Numbered from the stretch's first letter, positions 12,319-25,454 are shown. The stretch is 64,000 nucleotides of DNA from Octopus vulgaris (GCA_951406725.2 OX597817.1:1860001-1924000), one strand, 5' to 3'. Notes: generated by a model not told the origin, from the sequence alone. A program made the numbers and translations.

Positions 12319-14082
12319 CACACACGCATGCAATTCTTAGATCCAAAGCCAAGTCAGTAATACTAGAAACGTACATATACATAAATACACATAAAATACT
12401 TAAAAACAGACACAGAGATACACGCGCACACTATATGCATAAAAATACATGATTCATAAAGATACTAGAACAAAAAATATGCAAACACACACACACACAC
12501 AGAGCAAGAGATGGAGGGGGGGGAGAAAGATGCCCATACATTCATAGACTCGTTCTCCAAATGTTTGTTTACAATGTCAGCTTTAGAGTGTTGTGTAACA
12601 TTTGGATAGATTAATCAAACGGATGGATCTTGCTTACTCTTTCCTATCTGCTTCTCTCTACTTCTTGCACGATCACATTATCTTTCATAGACACATATTT
12701 ACGTATTGTGTGTGTGTGTGTAGACCTATCAAGACCACAGAAGCTGTAGTACAAAGGCAGACAACGGAATGACCAAGAAAAATAAAATGTAAATGTGAAT
12801 GTATGTATCTTTTATCTTTTCCTTGTTTCCGTCATTAGACTGCGGCCATGCTGGGGCACCGCTATGACGAATTTTAGTCGAACGATCTTCTGCTAGAAAG
12901 TGATCTCGAATATAAGAAAAAAAAAAGAAAAGAAAAGAATTTTCGCTTCCTTCTTGTTTTCTTCCCAAAGTTCACTTCAGCCTAAAACTCGGTTACTTTA
13001 AACCAAGTGTTCTGGGTCAGAGCTAGCCTGAGGACTAAACTACAGCAACCGTAACAACAAGCATGCTCCTTAGATTTAGAAGCAGCCGTGAAATAAATCT
13101 AATTTCAGTCGTGAATGGAAACTGTAACTGGTACTAACTCGCCTCTACCTAACCTCTTATTTCACTAACAAATTACGCTCCAGTATATTTCTTTATTCTA
13201 GTATTGCTGAGCTTCTAATCGTTCCTGTACATAGGTTTATTTACATATGTTATCTGACCAACTGTACAAACATGAAACAATCGCTTTTATATGTTCTCCA
13301 ATTGAACTCCCGCTGGTGTCGATAAAACAAATAAGAATAATTTGATCATCTACAAGTTACTCGATATTTCCCGTCCACATTATAAAAACACAGAATTGTA
13401 AATTTTTTTTTTAAGTAGAAATAATATATGTAATATTTTATCTATATTACATCAGTGAAATTGTCGCTTTATCCAACGTGATTTATGGGATAATTACGAG
13501 ATTGCGCATTCGTTTTTAATGACTTACTGTTACGACTGACGTACTTGTGGAATATATAAATATATTTACTACCGCGTTTCCATTTTTCTTCTTTCTGACA
13601 AAAGATCTAATAAGGTTTTTTTTCCTTTTCTTACATTGGCACAAAGTCACTGGTTTGCAGAGGAAGTGATCCTTTTTATTCTTCTTTTGGGCTTCCAACA
13701 CCTGAGAGAGTCCTTCTACAAATCTAAACAATATTGAAGTAGAAGAAGGAGGAAGAGAAGGCAGCGGCGGTTCCAGGGCTGGGAGTTCATTTATCAGCCC
13801 CTTCAAAATTGATGTAAAGCAAAATTGATGTAAGGTACCCATTGAGCCCAGAGCGAAGGGAGCTGCAACGAACATCACGAAGCATTTTAGAAAACACTCT
13901 AACAATTCTGTGCCAACTCACCATCTATAGTTTGAATCTTTCAAATGAATTAACAATAAATGACGGCGATTTTGAGCCAATATGAGAGACTCTGGCAGTG
14001 AAATATGTAATAAAACTTACCTTATAGTCTTAAGAATGTTAAAAGTTATTAGATATTTTGGTCTTAGGTATACTTTCCTCAA

Positions 14083-14146
<64 letters not shown>

Positions 14147-15867
14147 GATTGGATGAGCATGGCGGGAACACCTTTGATCTGCAGAATCAAGTTTGATGTG
14201 TAATTTAACAAAAACAACTTCAACATTAACTAATACACGTTTTGCCGAAGAACGGTGAGCTGAGCCAAGCACGGCAGAATACGATCTCAGGAAATAGGGA
14301 GATAAAACTGCATGCTCCGAGTTAATTAGTCTATCAGTGTAACGTATCTTCTACTCCATTCAGTCAATAAAGGCTGTTAACTAGGCACAGGTGAGTATCT
14401 ACAATTCTAACATTTTTCGCGCATCGAGTGAGCCACCATGTTAAGAAGATATGACTTAAGCTTAATGGAGAAATTTCTAAGAAGTGTTTGAGAATATTAA
14501 TGAATTAGACCTTGTAATTTTTAATTTGTTCGAGAAAAACAATTCTCTTGATTCCAAAAATGTCTGAATTAATTGCATATTTCTCTACCTTCGTTCTGAA
14601 TAAGCTGCAAATTAAATTGAAAATAAGAGGAAAAAATAATCAAAATTTTATAAATTATGAAAATTCATTTAACACTGAGTTTCCTGTTCAGTTATGTGTT
14701 AAGCACTCGTCAGGCAGTCAGTTATGAGGTTGAAAAAATCAAAAATACACAAGATTCCAATATTTGTTTTTGTATGTTGAGGCTGAATGTTGTAAGCGGT
14801 ACAACTCGTAACAGACAAAACATGAAATGGAAGTGAAAAGATAAAAAGTAGTAAAATAAAAACAAGATTTTTAAAGAATCACATGAAAAATAAACAAATA
14901 AAAGGGAGATTAAGGATGATTGATGACAGAACGAAATGGGCGCAGAGAATGTGATCTATGTTTAGCTGAAAAAAGAGCCTCGTTCTTCAAAACTTTCAGA
15001 ATTCCAAAACGCAGACACTTTGATAGGCATTTGAAAAACTATAATTTATTGGCACCAGAAGCTTAAACCCTCCAACCTCCGAATGAAAGGAACGGGATTT
15101 TCTTCTATCTTTATATAACTGAACTTTCCATGCACTGAAACTTATTTGTTAATGTACGTATCTGTGAGTGTGTAGGATGGAGTTTAAAACCTTAAAATTT
15201 CGCCCTCAAACCTGGGGGTCATCAAAAATGTCAGTTATAAAATCCCAAACTTAACATTTTGTGGTTTGGAGATTGAGAAGGAAGCATAAGTGAAAGCCAT
15301 TGTATTTGATTTGGAAATAGACCTATAAGATACTTCAAGAGCTGCTAATCTCATGTAATAATGAGAAAGATGTGTCTGTCGTCGGATCTCAATATGCGTT
15401 GACCAAAGTAATAATAATGATTTTATTAAATTCTATACTAATAAAATTTCAACTTTTATCGTTTGAGAAGAGGATAGCTGGAGTTAGCTGAAAAAAACGC
15501 CTTAACGAATGACAGAGGGGAAAAAGAAAATTGTCGAAAATTAACAGTTGAACCTAAAGATAACATTATGAAATTTAAGTAAAAAACAATGACGATATAA
15601 CCATGACATTACAGATGGCATTAGAAATTCGAAGACGGACACATGCGATCCTTGTGCTTCCTCTATTGCAAATGCTTGTTGCACGGAGATATAAAACTAC
15701 AAGAAGATCTCACTTTAATCGATATCTTTTTGTATTTTTAGATTTTTCTCAACGATATTCGCTCAATTTCCATTAATCTGATAAGAGACAAACGTGTAAG
15801 TAAAGTGTTCTTTTTAAACTCACGATTGATGTACTCTTGCCTCCGTCAACACTCATTTGCACACAAA

Positions 15868-15932
<65 letters not shown>

Positions 15933-16089
15933 CTACATATATACATGGCTCTCTTTCTCTCTCTCTCTCTCTCTTTCTTTCATACACACACACATACACA
16001 TTTACACTTACACGTGTTTTAAATCGCTCTATGTCCACAAAGTGACATTGTTCAAAATAACTTTAGACTGGGTTCTCATGTTTGAAGCT

Positions 16090-16132
<43 letters not shown>

Positions 16133-16845
16133 TGTGTGTGCGTGCGCGCGCTTGTGTGTGAGCATTAATATTTTTTTTTATTTTGAAGAAAAGGTTTTAC
16201 TTTGTTGTTCTACGGTAATAAAAAAATAGAACTAGAGAGATTTTTGTTTTGTTTTAAGAGATATGCAATCTCAAACAGTTTTTTATTGTAATAAAATATT
16301 TATCTCAGATATCATATCAAAATAACCAGACCATTTTGATTTCAAGAAGAAGAAGAAGAAGAAGAAGAAGAACAACAACAACAACAACAACAACAATAAC
16401 ACTGACGATGACAATGACGTCGACAAAAAATAACACCACCAATAAACGTCCTTAACATAACAAAGAGCAGCAAACAATTTTTCCTTTTTTTATTCGGCAA
16501 AAGATTTCAGCTGCGAGCTTCACTTGGCGAAGACTAAGTTGCAAGTCAATGTTAACAACGTTTATATTTAATTAACCGTAGTACGATGCTACTATAATTA
16601 GAGTAATAAAAAGAAAACAAATAAAAGTAGAAAACGCTGCATCGTGGAATTGGCGGTGATATTTTATTGCATAGACACACACACACACACACGTGTTAGT
16701 GTATGTATGTATATATATATATATATATATAGGTACAAAAAATTCAGGGTGAATACTTGATAACTGTAAGCACCTGTATATGCCAGCTAGTGGTATAGGT
16801 GATAGGATATAAGTATCAAAAGAAAAACAGGACGCAAAGGATTTT

Positions 16846-16932
16846 GCGGTACATGTGTTTCGGGCTTTATTGAACAACTTATATCAATGCATAATTGATA
16901 TAACAGGTAGGTCAAAAACCTTCTTCAGCCGC
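16846..16932 (-). ncRNA. Inverted copy of the same hammerhead motif (partly mutated)
   Basis: Reverse complement reads GCGG-CTGAAGA-AGGTTTTTG...ATAAAGCCC-GAAA-CACATG-TA-CCGC. Stem II and the stem III palindrome are weakened. Confidence 0.6.
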
Positions 16933-17164
16933 GTACAATTACCACACTAAAGACATGTGTCACATTATAGCAGGTTTGAGAAAAAGTTTGGGAAAAAACC
17001 GAGTTTTTTCACTCGAAAGAATCGAGTGAAAAAACGGTATGGACGATTTGTTTTTGAGTCTTGCAATGCCATATACGCCTATGAGGATTTACTTTCCCAA
17101 TGAAACTCGGTTTTTTCCCAAACCTGCTATAATGTGACACATGTCTTTGGTGTGGTAATTGTAC

Positions 17165-17252
17165 GCGGCTGAAGAAGGCTTTATGACCTACCTGTTATAT
17201 CAATTATGCATTGATATAAGTTGTTCAATAAAGCCCGAAACATATGTACCGC
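17165..17252 (+). ncRNA. Type I hammerhead ribozyme motif (Penelope-type, short stem III)
   Basis: Stem I GCGG/CCGC. Core CTGAAGA 17169-17175. Stem II GGCTTTAT/ATAAAGCC with an inner TTATATCAAT/ATTGATATAA hairpin. GAAA 17237-17240, palindromic CATATG and GTA cleavage triplet. Confidence 0.75.
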
Positions 17253-17281
17253 AACATCCTTTGCGTCCTGTTTTTCTTTTG

Positions 17282-17386
<105 letters not shown>

Positions 17387-17401
17387 ATATACCGGAGTAA
17401 A

Positions 17402-17500
17402 CAGAAATTCAACAAAACCTGTTACTCGGAGTTTCACTTTCCCGTTCGTCGGACGAACGGGAACGTGAAACTCCGAGTAACAGGTTTTGTTGAATTTCTG
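17402..17500. repeat. 99-bp near-perfect palindrome with a truncated hammerhead motif, embedded in (AT)n
   Basis: Axis at 17451 with one mismatch. The right arm reads CGGACGA-ACGGGAACGT-GAAAC-TCCGA-GTA. Confidence 0.85.
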
Positions 17501-17507
17501 CTGCTTT

Positions 17508-17565
<58 letters not shown>

Positions 17566-17634
17566 CATATATTTATCAAGAGAGAGACATACATACATGT
17601 CGACATATATACATGCAATCATATATACATGCAA

Positions 17635-17673
<39 letters not shown>

Positions 17674-20600
17674 GTGAGTGTGAGAGATAAACGTTATTCC
17701 CTTGAAAAATGGTAGCCAAAAGATTGATGCTGTTTGCATTTAGGATGAATGCAGGTCAGTGTGCTGAGGAGAACTAAAATACCGAAACGTGTCTTCTGTT
17801 GTTTCGTTTCATCATGGAATTGGTGCTGCCATTTGATTGTATTTCCAATCCTTGAGCAAAATGCAGTAGGCATAAGTTTGATACAACTTACCTTTAGAAT
17901 GGATGCAAATCAATTCGCTGAGAGTTAAATATATTGAAAATATGTGACTTTCAATAATTGAAATCTGAGAGCATAAATACTCCAATCTGCATCGTTCGTA
18001 TTATTTCCTCAAAACCTGCCTTTAATGCCTTGCAGCTAATACAACTTGTTTATTTTCAGGTCAGTATTCATATATTAAACCTATGATTAACGTGAATCCA
18101 ATTGTGGCCATCCTGCTTTATACAGGATATATTCAATGTCCTCTTTTGTTTGCGTAGGTAGGATATGGATTGAAAGAAATTTGGTTGCTATTTCTTGTAG
18201 GTGGTGTGATAAACTTAGAGGCTCCCTCAAATCGCTCACATTAAAGTTTATTCGTATATTAAGGTCATATCTTAAGACAAATTTATTTGACTGTAACATT
18301 GCTCTACATAAACATTTGGCCTTCTGTCTAAGCAGGAAATCAATATAGAGAGCCAACAGAGCATGCAGTTATCATCATATACTATTACAAACCAACGATC
18401 GTGGAACATAAATATTAACTGCGTAAACACGTAACAAGATATAGTTAACATGCTCGGAGAACTAAAAGAAGAGAAACAAAACCATTTGGTTAACATCACT
18501 CAGAGATAATAAATACCATGTAGAGATAACAAATACCAAGTAACGATAACATACAAGTAGAAGAGATAACATGCGTAGTGTAGAAATAACAAACACTTTG
18601 AAATTACGTCTTCTCATTGCGGCAAATACGTATATCTACACGTCACACACAAAGTAACAGACACAAAGATGACACTGCCATTTCACACTTCGCGGTCTGT
18701 GTTTGAACGAAAACCCGTGAGAAATTCATAGATCTAATAAACATCGAGGACCGTGGTATAAATTGATTCAAAGATATTGTCTTCAGTGATATGACAGTGC
18801 ATTGGTTATTAAAAAGATATTGAAATATATAAAAATATAATACATTTATAATCTACTGGAGCGTTAATAATGAGGGCGTTAAGGTGAGACAGTGTCACGT
18901 GACAACTTGCTGGGGCTGCCTGCTGGAGCCTAGCGGCAGGTATTTAAAGGGAAAAATTTGACAAGTCAGTCAGTCACCGGCTGACACTCGCTGACGATAC
19001 ATCGAAGAGGCCAGGGAACAGAAGAAAGAAGACATGCACCCAACACCAGAGCTGAAGACACCTCCGAAATGGAGGGGGACGTCAAAACGGTAGAGGAGTA
19101 GGGGCCGAAACCGGATGTGGTTCTTCCTGATGATGTCTTGAGCTAACTGGATCCTATAAAGGAGCTGTTGTGGTAGCAGACCACGAAACACGGTTGTAAT
19201 TCCTTGTTTCAATACTGCAGTGTACTGCAGAATACATCAGTAGATTTTAGGCAATGTTGTATGAAATAGACAAACGTATATTTTTTGTTCCTATATTCAC
19301 TGTCTTCATTGACAGAAAAAAAAAATGCCATCAGCTGGACTAGTTTCAGTTCTGTTTTAGGATGGATTTCATCAGTGATTGAATACCCGTAAATGTTCAC
19401 GGAGAAACATTTTATAAACCTACTAAGGACTTTAAAAAATCGTATAAACAATCGTTTTAGTAAACGGAAATTCATTAGATAATGATGCGCGAAATAAAAG
19501 ACAAGACGGTCAAAGCTGGAACGCTTTTTATTCAATACCATTCTCCGGATATTTCTGGAGAATGGTATTGTATAGAATATGAAAAAATGATAGTACTAGA
19601 AGATATGTAAGACAATTAGGTATATATACGTTGTAACAAGAAACCATATGTTTAATGAATATTTGAACAGTTCTTTATCACCGTTCCGCATTATATGATG
19701 CATATTTCTGGACTATTCCAATAGTACATAAACCCTCTTTTCCACATATAAACAGATTATTAACCCCTCTCCTTCTCGCTCAACGATCTTTTTATTTCTG
19801 GAGAAAGAGAAGAGACATAGTAAGTGCTTGTTATTCCAGGACACTTTTCCAGGCGCAACGCGAACGAGGGAAGACTTTTAAAGACTTGGCCCCAATATTT
19901 AACTCTCCTGACAGGCTGAAAGCAAAGTTAACCTCGGTGGGGTTTGAACTCAGAACGCAGAAATCCGGAAAAAATACCACATGGCATTCTATCCAAATCT
20001 CATACGCCTATACTGAATAGATTGAAAGGACATCCCACCGTTTAAATTCCGAAATCGAACATTTTAAAAATATAGAAATAAGTTAGTTGTTTTCTTTGTA
20101 CAGGCAAAAATGTGAATTATTGGGAAGAAAATGAAGAAATAAATTCCCGAGGTGGAGAAATAACTATACGGTAATCATGCTATATACGGGACAGTCACAA
20201 CTGGAACGCTTTCAAAACAAGACGGGTATTAAAAAAAGCAGACAGCTTAATACTTAAAACATTCATCGTTATAAAATAGCAGCGAACCTTCTGTTTGAAT
20301 CAATTTTTTTTTTCTTTTAATAGGCAATTTAAAAAGAAAATTTCTTCAAAATAATCTTAACCCGAAAATGTTAAATGCTAACCCTAGCCCCTACCGCTAA
20401 TACTAAGCCCTAAACTTTAACCCCAATCCCTGAAATATTGCTTCCTTATAACTTTTCTAATAATGCAATTTTTGGCATTCACAAAGGAATCAGCTGATAT
20501 ATTTCCTATTTCAAAAATGTTCAGTTTTTGAGCTTTGAAGCTCTGGGATATCCAAATAAAAGCAAACAAAATAAAACAATAATAAACCTAAATCTTCTCC

Positions 20601-22043
20601 TCTTTCGCGTCTCTCTTTTCATTTCTTCTTCCTAGTGAATCAATGGTTACTGCAGTTATCGAATTCCTTTTCTTTCTTTTTCTTTGTTTAATGGTCCCAG
20701 AGTGACTCCGAAGACATCATTTTTTTCCTTTTCAGTTTTTTAAAGACAGCTGTTTCAATCCACCCGTGTCTCCTCTTCTCATCAAGTTTACTTTGTTTCT
20801 TCTTGCATGAAACACATGCCAAGTCCGAACTCCACAGAACCAGCAACATCTTCCCAGCAGGCATCAAATTTTAGAAGTCTAAAATTGAACATTAAGCATC
20901 GGCCTCAAGAACATTACACAAAATATTTCCTTGTCCTGTATCGTTGTTTTAGTTATTGTTCTTCATGATGATGATGATAATGATAATGATAATGATGATA
21001 TTCTTATTAAGCCCAGGTCAATATTCATCGAACTAGCTTATAATCAAAGGTATCCCACCTGTCATTGTACCATCTGGCAGGAACCTAAGTCAATATTAAC
21101 TAATGTGTCCCTCCATTTTTTAAGATACTGGGTGTAATTTGAGTAATATTTATTCGCTGTTTCAAGACGCTCAATCATTTAGAAACTCCGTTGCTGATTA
21201 GTTTTGTAGGGGTATAGATTTGTGAGAATGATGTTGCTGCGGTGGTATCATGGAGTATTGTTGATGTGTGGCGTCGTAGTGTGGGATATTGCAATGTGTT
21301 ATATGTTATATCATATCGTATTGTTAGCTTGATATTGGAATGTGGTGTAGTACCTAGCCTTAAAAAAACCTGAAAGGAAAATAATCAGAACTTAGTCGAC
21401 GAGGCACTTCTCAAAGACTGGCACGCGTCTTTATTCTCAGTTGAAGGCGGCTGCCGCGGCTTTCCAGCTAGTTCGGTGCTCTGTTTTCTGCTGAAGATTA
21501 TTCTGGAACTCAGACATCTTAAGAAAGATACCAATGCGATAGGCATGGCAACAGAAACCAGATCAAGGTCGGTCGGTCAGTCGGTCGCTGTGGTTGACAA
21601 GAGACAGCAGATGGAATCCTTCAGCAGACGAGAACTAATTCAATCCTCGCTACCTCACTCAGAGACGAAACGCTTATGATTCTGAGATATCTACTGATGA
21701 TATGGAAGCGTTTCCAACATTGCGATGGATTCATCAGATGAGCTTCCAATGCCTCTGAGTAATTCCTCTTTCTATTTGGGGTACAGCATCTTTGATGTTT
21801 ATTTCACTAATTTGTAGCGTGGTGTTGTAGTAATGTTAGCTCAGATGAAGATAGTTTTTTCAAGTGTGGTGATATGGTATGACGATATTGTTTGTTGATG
21901 CTACGTTCTGTCTCTCCAACTATATCAATTATCGTCATCAAAGCACTTTGCAAATGGCCATAGATATAAATGGACAGAAAAAATGTTCACTTGACGCGAG
22001 AAGAACAAATTGACGTTTCAGGCGACAGTTTTCATGGAAGAAT

Positions 22044-22105
<62 letters not shown>

Positions 22106-22566
22106 TGAAAAAAAAAAGGAACTCAGAAACAGAACCTTTACAAACTTAACATTTAATAAACAGGACCAGAACGAGGAGGAACACCCGAAGGCTTAAAAGT
22201 CAGGCACCGTCCAGTCTATCTAAGCAAGATTTTCTCGCCGCAATCCAATCTCCATTTAATTACTGCTACTTGTCATGGGTGATAAATCTGAATGGTTATC
22301 ACAAGAGCTGTCAAGAACAACTGCTGACGCTGGTGCTGGTGCTGCTGCCGCCGTTATCGGTGTTTTTTCTTAAACCAAGTCTTACTAATGGAAGCAGTAA
22401 TGGCTTAGTGTCGTCGTTCCTCAGTTTAAGAAGAGGAGGTGGGATTGTAAGAGGAGGAGGAGGAGGAGGAGGAGCAACTTAAGATCAGCTGTAATTGCTA
22501 ATTAAGATCTGACTTGTTTGTCTAGAAGGATACCGCGCGATATAAATACCAACTGCGATCGCGCGC

Positions 22567-22604
<38 letters not shown>

Positions 22605-23456
22605 TGTGTGAGTGTGTGTGTGTGTGTTCTTGTGTGTGTGGGCAAGCTTTTGCTATGTATTTATATAAATATATACACAGAATTACACATAAATGACAAG
22701 TAGTTCTTTGAGGAATGTAGGATTACAGATGGAGTTTATCACAGAATACCACACACAACCATATACACTCACCTAAAAACACATTCTGTGTGTGTGTGTG
22801 TGTGTGTGTATGTGTGCGTGTGCATGTGTATGTAGAGAGAGAGGGGGGAGAGGGGAATGAAAATAATCATTTTGTCGTTAGAACTGTCACAAAGTTGGAG
22901 GCGTGGCAGAATTTGTGAAGTGTCGGACAAAATGCTTTACAGTATTTAGCTACGGCTCATTACGTTCTGAGTTCAAATCATGCCGAGGTCGTTAAATATA
23001 GCACAAGTCAAGTGTGACTTGTGTCTGTGTTAGAAATATCATTATTACCATTAGGCTGGTAAAAGTGGTAGAAGCAATGGAATGTCAGAAGAGGCCTGGC
23101 GGTATTTAGGTACGTTCTGAGTTCATATCCTACAAGACATCGTCCTTGCTTTTTTATCCTTCCAAGGTTGATAAAATAAATACCAGTGAAATTCTGAATC
23201 GGTTTAATCGACCAAATCTTCCAACAAAATCCGTGGCTTTGTGCCTAAGTTAAGGGCGATGTATTGGCATAATCGGTAGAATAGGGGTTTAATTTTAAAT
23301 CGGCAGTTTGCTACAAAAGTGACTCAAGGACAAAGGGCTTCTGTTTGTTCCGCCAATCTTATTCTGTGCTTCTTAAATGATGAGATCTGCCTGCATATTT
23401 GAACATGGGAAACAGAGTGCAACAATATCCCGTTCTCTCTCTCTTATGTGTATGTA

Positions 23457-23503
<47 letters not shown>

Positions 23504-23509
<6 letters not shown>

Positions 23510-23785
23510 TATATAGAAGGAGCTTCTACAGGACTAGAACTGTTTCATTCAAAAGAAATCACCAGGAAGCTTCCTGATGATTTCTTTTGAATGAAACAGT
23601 TCTAGTCCTGTAGAAGCTCCTTCTATATAATAAATTAATTTACTCTGCTATGTATTGAGTACCTTATTTACTGTGGTTAACCCCGACTCAACCCGGGACC
23701 TCCCTGCTTCCATTTCCTGAGCGCCTATTAATAATAATACTGTAATTGTTCCATTGTTGTTGTTTTTTTGTTTCCCGTTTGGATT

Positions 23786-23790
<5 letters not shown>
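23504..23790 (+). mobile_element. Penelope-like pLTR remnant: 132-bp palindrome (23504-23635) plus unique tail, flanked by (AT)n on both sides
   Basis: Palindrome centred on AGCT at 23568-23571 with a single mismatch. Contains a hammerhead motif. Confidence 0.75.
23568..23618 (+). ncRNA. Type I hammerhead ribozyme motif
   Basis: Stem I AGCTTC/GAAGCT. Core CTGATGA 23574-23580. Weak stem II TTC-TTTT-GAA. GAAA 23593-23596. Stem III ACAG/CTGT. GTA triplet 23610-23612. Confidence 0.75.
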
Positions 23791-23828
<38 letters not shown>

Positions 23829-23895
23829 AGGCACGTGCCGTCAGTAATTACTCAGGGTAGGCAGTTGGTGACCTTTCTTTTTTCGGTTTTTTTTT

Positions 23896-24092
23896 CTTTT
23901 ATTTGTTTCAGTGATTTGACTGCGACCGTGCTGGAGCACCGCCTTTAGTCGAGCAAATCGACCCCAGGACTTATTCTTTGTAAGCCCAGTACTTACCCTA
24001 TCGGTCTCTCTTGCCGAACCGCTAGATTACGGGGACGCAAACACACCAGCATCAGTTGTCAAGCGATGTTGGGGGACAAACACAGACACACA

Positions 24093-24131
<39 letters not shown>

Positions 24132-24287
24132 CGACGGGCTTCTTTCAGTTTCCGTCTACCAAATCCACTCACAAGGCTTTGGTCGGCTATTGTAGAAGAC
24201 ACTTGCCCAAGGTGCCACGCAGTGGGACTGAACCCGGAACCATGTGGTTGGTAAGCAAGCTACTTACCACACAGCCACTCATGCGCC
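23896..24287 (-). mobile_element. SINE family A
   Basis: Reverse complement of the 5081-5537 element, with a small internal deletion. Confidence 0.92.
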
Positions 24288-24342
24288 TTTATGCAGTAAA
24301 ACACAAAAAAATAAGCAAAAAACAGAGGCGCGACAGAGTTGA

Positions 24343-24746
24343 AGGCAGATTTAGGATCTTTTCAATCTTAGTCACAGATTTTTAAAATTAATTTTTTTAA
24401 ACTAAACAGTTTGAAACTTCGGATACTGGTTGAATATGTCACCTAGAACACGGTTTACTCTTAGCATTTTTGACAAAATTTTGTATTTTAGAAGTTATTT
24501 CGTGTTAAAGTTGTCGTATTTGGGTAATTTTAACCAATCATTAAACGTCTTTTCAGCTGAAGAAAGTAATTGGTGTTCGCGAAAGTAATGGAAGAGCAAC
24601 AACATCCGGGTCATCGAGTCATCTGTTTTGGACGCTGCATACATATACACAGACACAAATACACACACACACACACACCAATATATAAGGACGGAGAGGG
24701 ATTGTGAAGTTGACAACAGATGCTTACGCAGCGTTTCTGCTGTGCA

Positions 24747-24798
<52 letters not shown>

Positions 24799-24921
24799 TC
24801 ATATGTAAAGCTGATAAAATCCGAATGAAAGCAACGGAAAGGGGAGGGTTTAATCAATTAATAAGCAGTGGCAGAGGTTGGTAAGTTTATATAAGCTGTC
24901 GTTCATATCAACACACCACTA

Positions 24922-24952
<31 letters not shown>

Positions 24953-25123
24953 TCTACGATCTGCTGGAAATAACAGCCAAATCTCTCTCAATGTCACACG
25001 CCAGGATTATATAAACGAGAGGACACACTGAATAAGATGGAAAAAAATACACACGCACACACACGTATGTATTCCCTATAAAAGAATTTTCTGTTTTTCT
25101 CACCCACCTTTCTTATCTTTTAT

Positions 25124-25167
<44 letters not shown>

Positions 25168-25454
25168 ATGACCCGATGACCCGGATGTTGTGGCCCTTCC
25201 ATTACTTTCGCAAACACCAATAACTTTCTTCAGATGAATACACGTTTAATGATTGGTAAAGATTACCCAAATACGACAAATTTAACATGAAATAACTTCT
25301 AAAGTACAAAATTTTGTTAAAAACGTTAAGAGTAAACCGTGTTCTACCTGACACATTCAACCAGTATCGGAAGTTTAAACTATTTAGTTAAAAAGAGAAA
25401 TTAATTAAAAAATCTGTGACTGAGATTGAAAAGATCCCAGATTTACTTCTGCCT
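24343..25454. mobile_element. Non-autonomous fold-back DNA transposon with ~280-bp TIRs (possibly Kolobok-like)
   Basis: Arms 24343-24622 and 25168-25454 are diverged reverse complements. Termini AGGCAG...CTGCCT are flanked by TTGA and TTAT (possibly a degenerate TTAA). Superfamily assignment is tentative. Confidence 0.75.

Noticed and set aside
13635-13701. Possible BMP exon 2 (minus-strand CTCTCTCAG acceptor and GTAAG donor)
   Set aside because: Splicing in phase 1 from exon 1 gives GVGSPKEE followed by a stop, and there is no propeptide similarity.
19533-19570. Small hairpin CAATACCATTCTCC...GGAGAATGGTATTG as a miRNA or terminator
   Set aside because: Too short for a pre-miRNA, and bacterial terminators are irrelevant here. 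Probably part of a decayed element.
20355-20430. Interstitial telomere (TAACCC-like repeats)
   Set aside because: Too short and degenerate. More likely an internal repeat of a decayed element.
21370-21770. GC-richer island with CTGAAGA and CTGATGA motifs
   Set aside because: I could not build stems I and III on either strand. Left as an unassigned repeat remnant.
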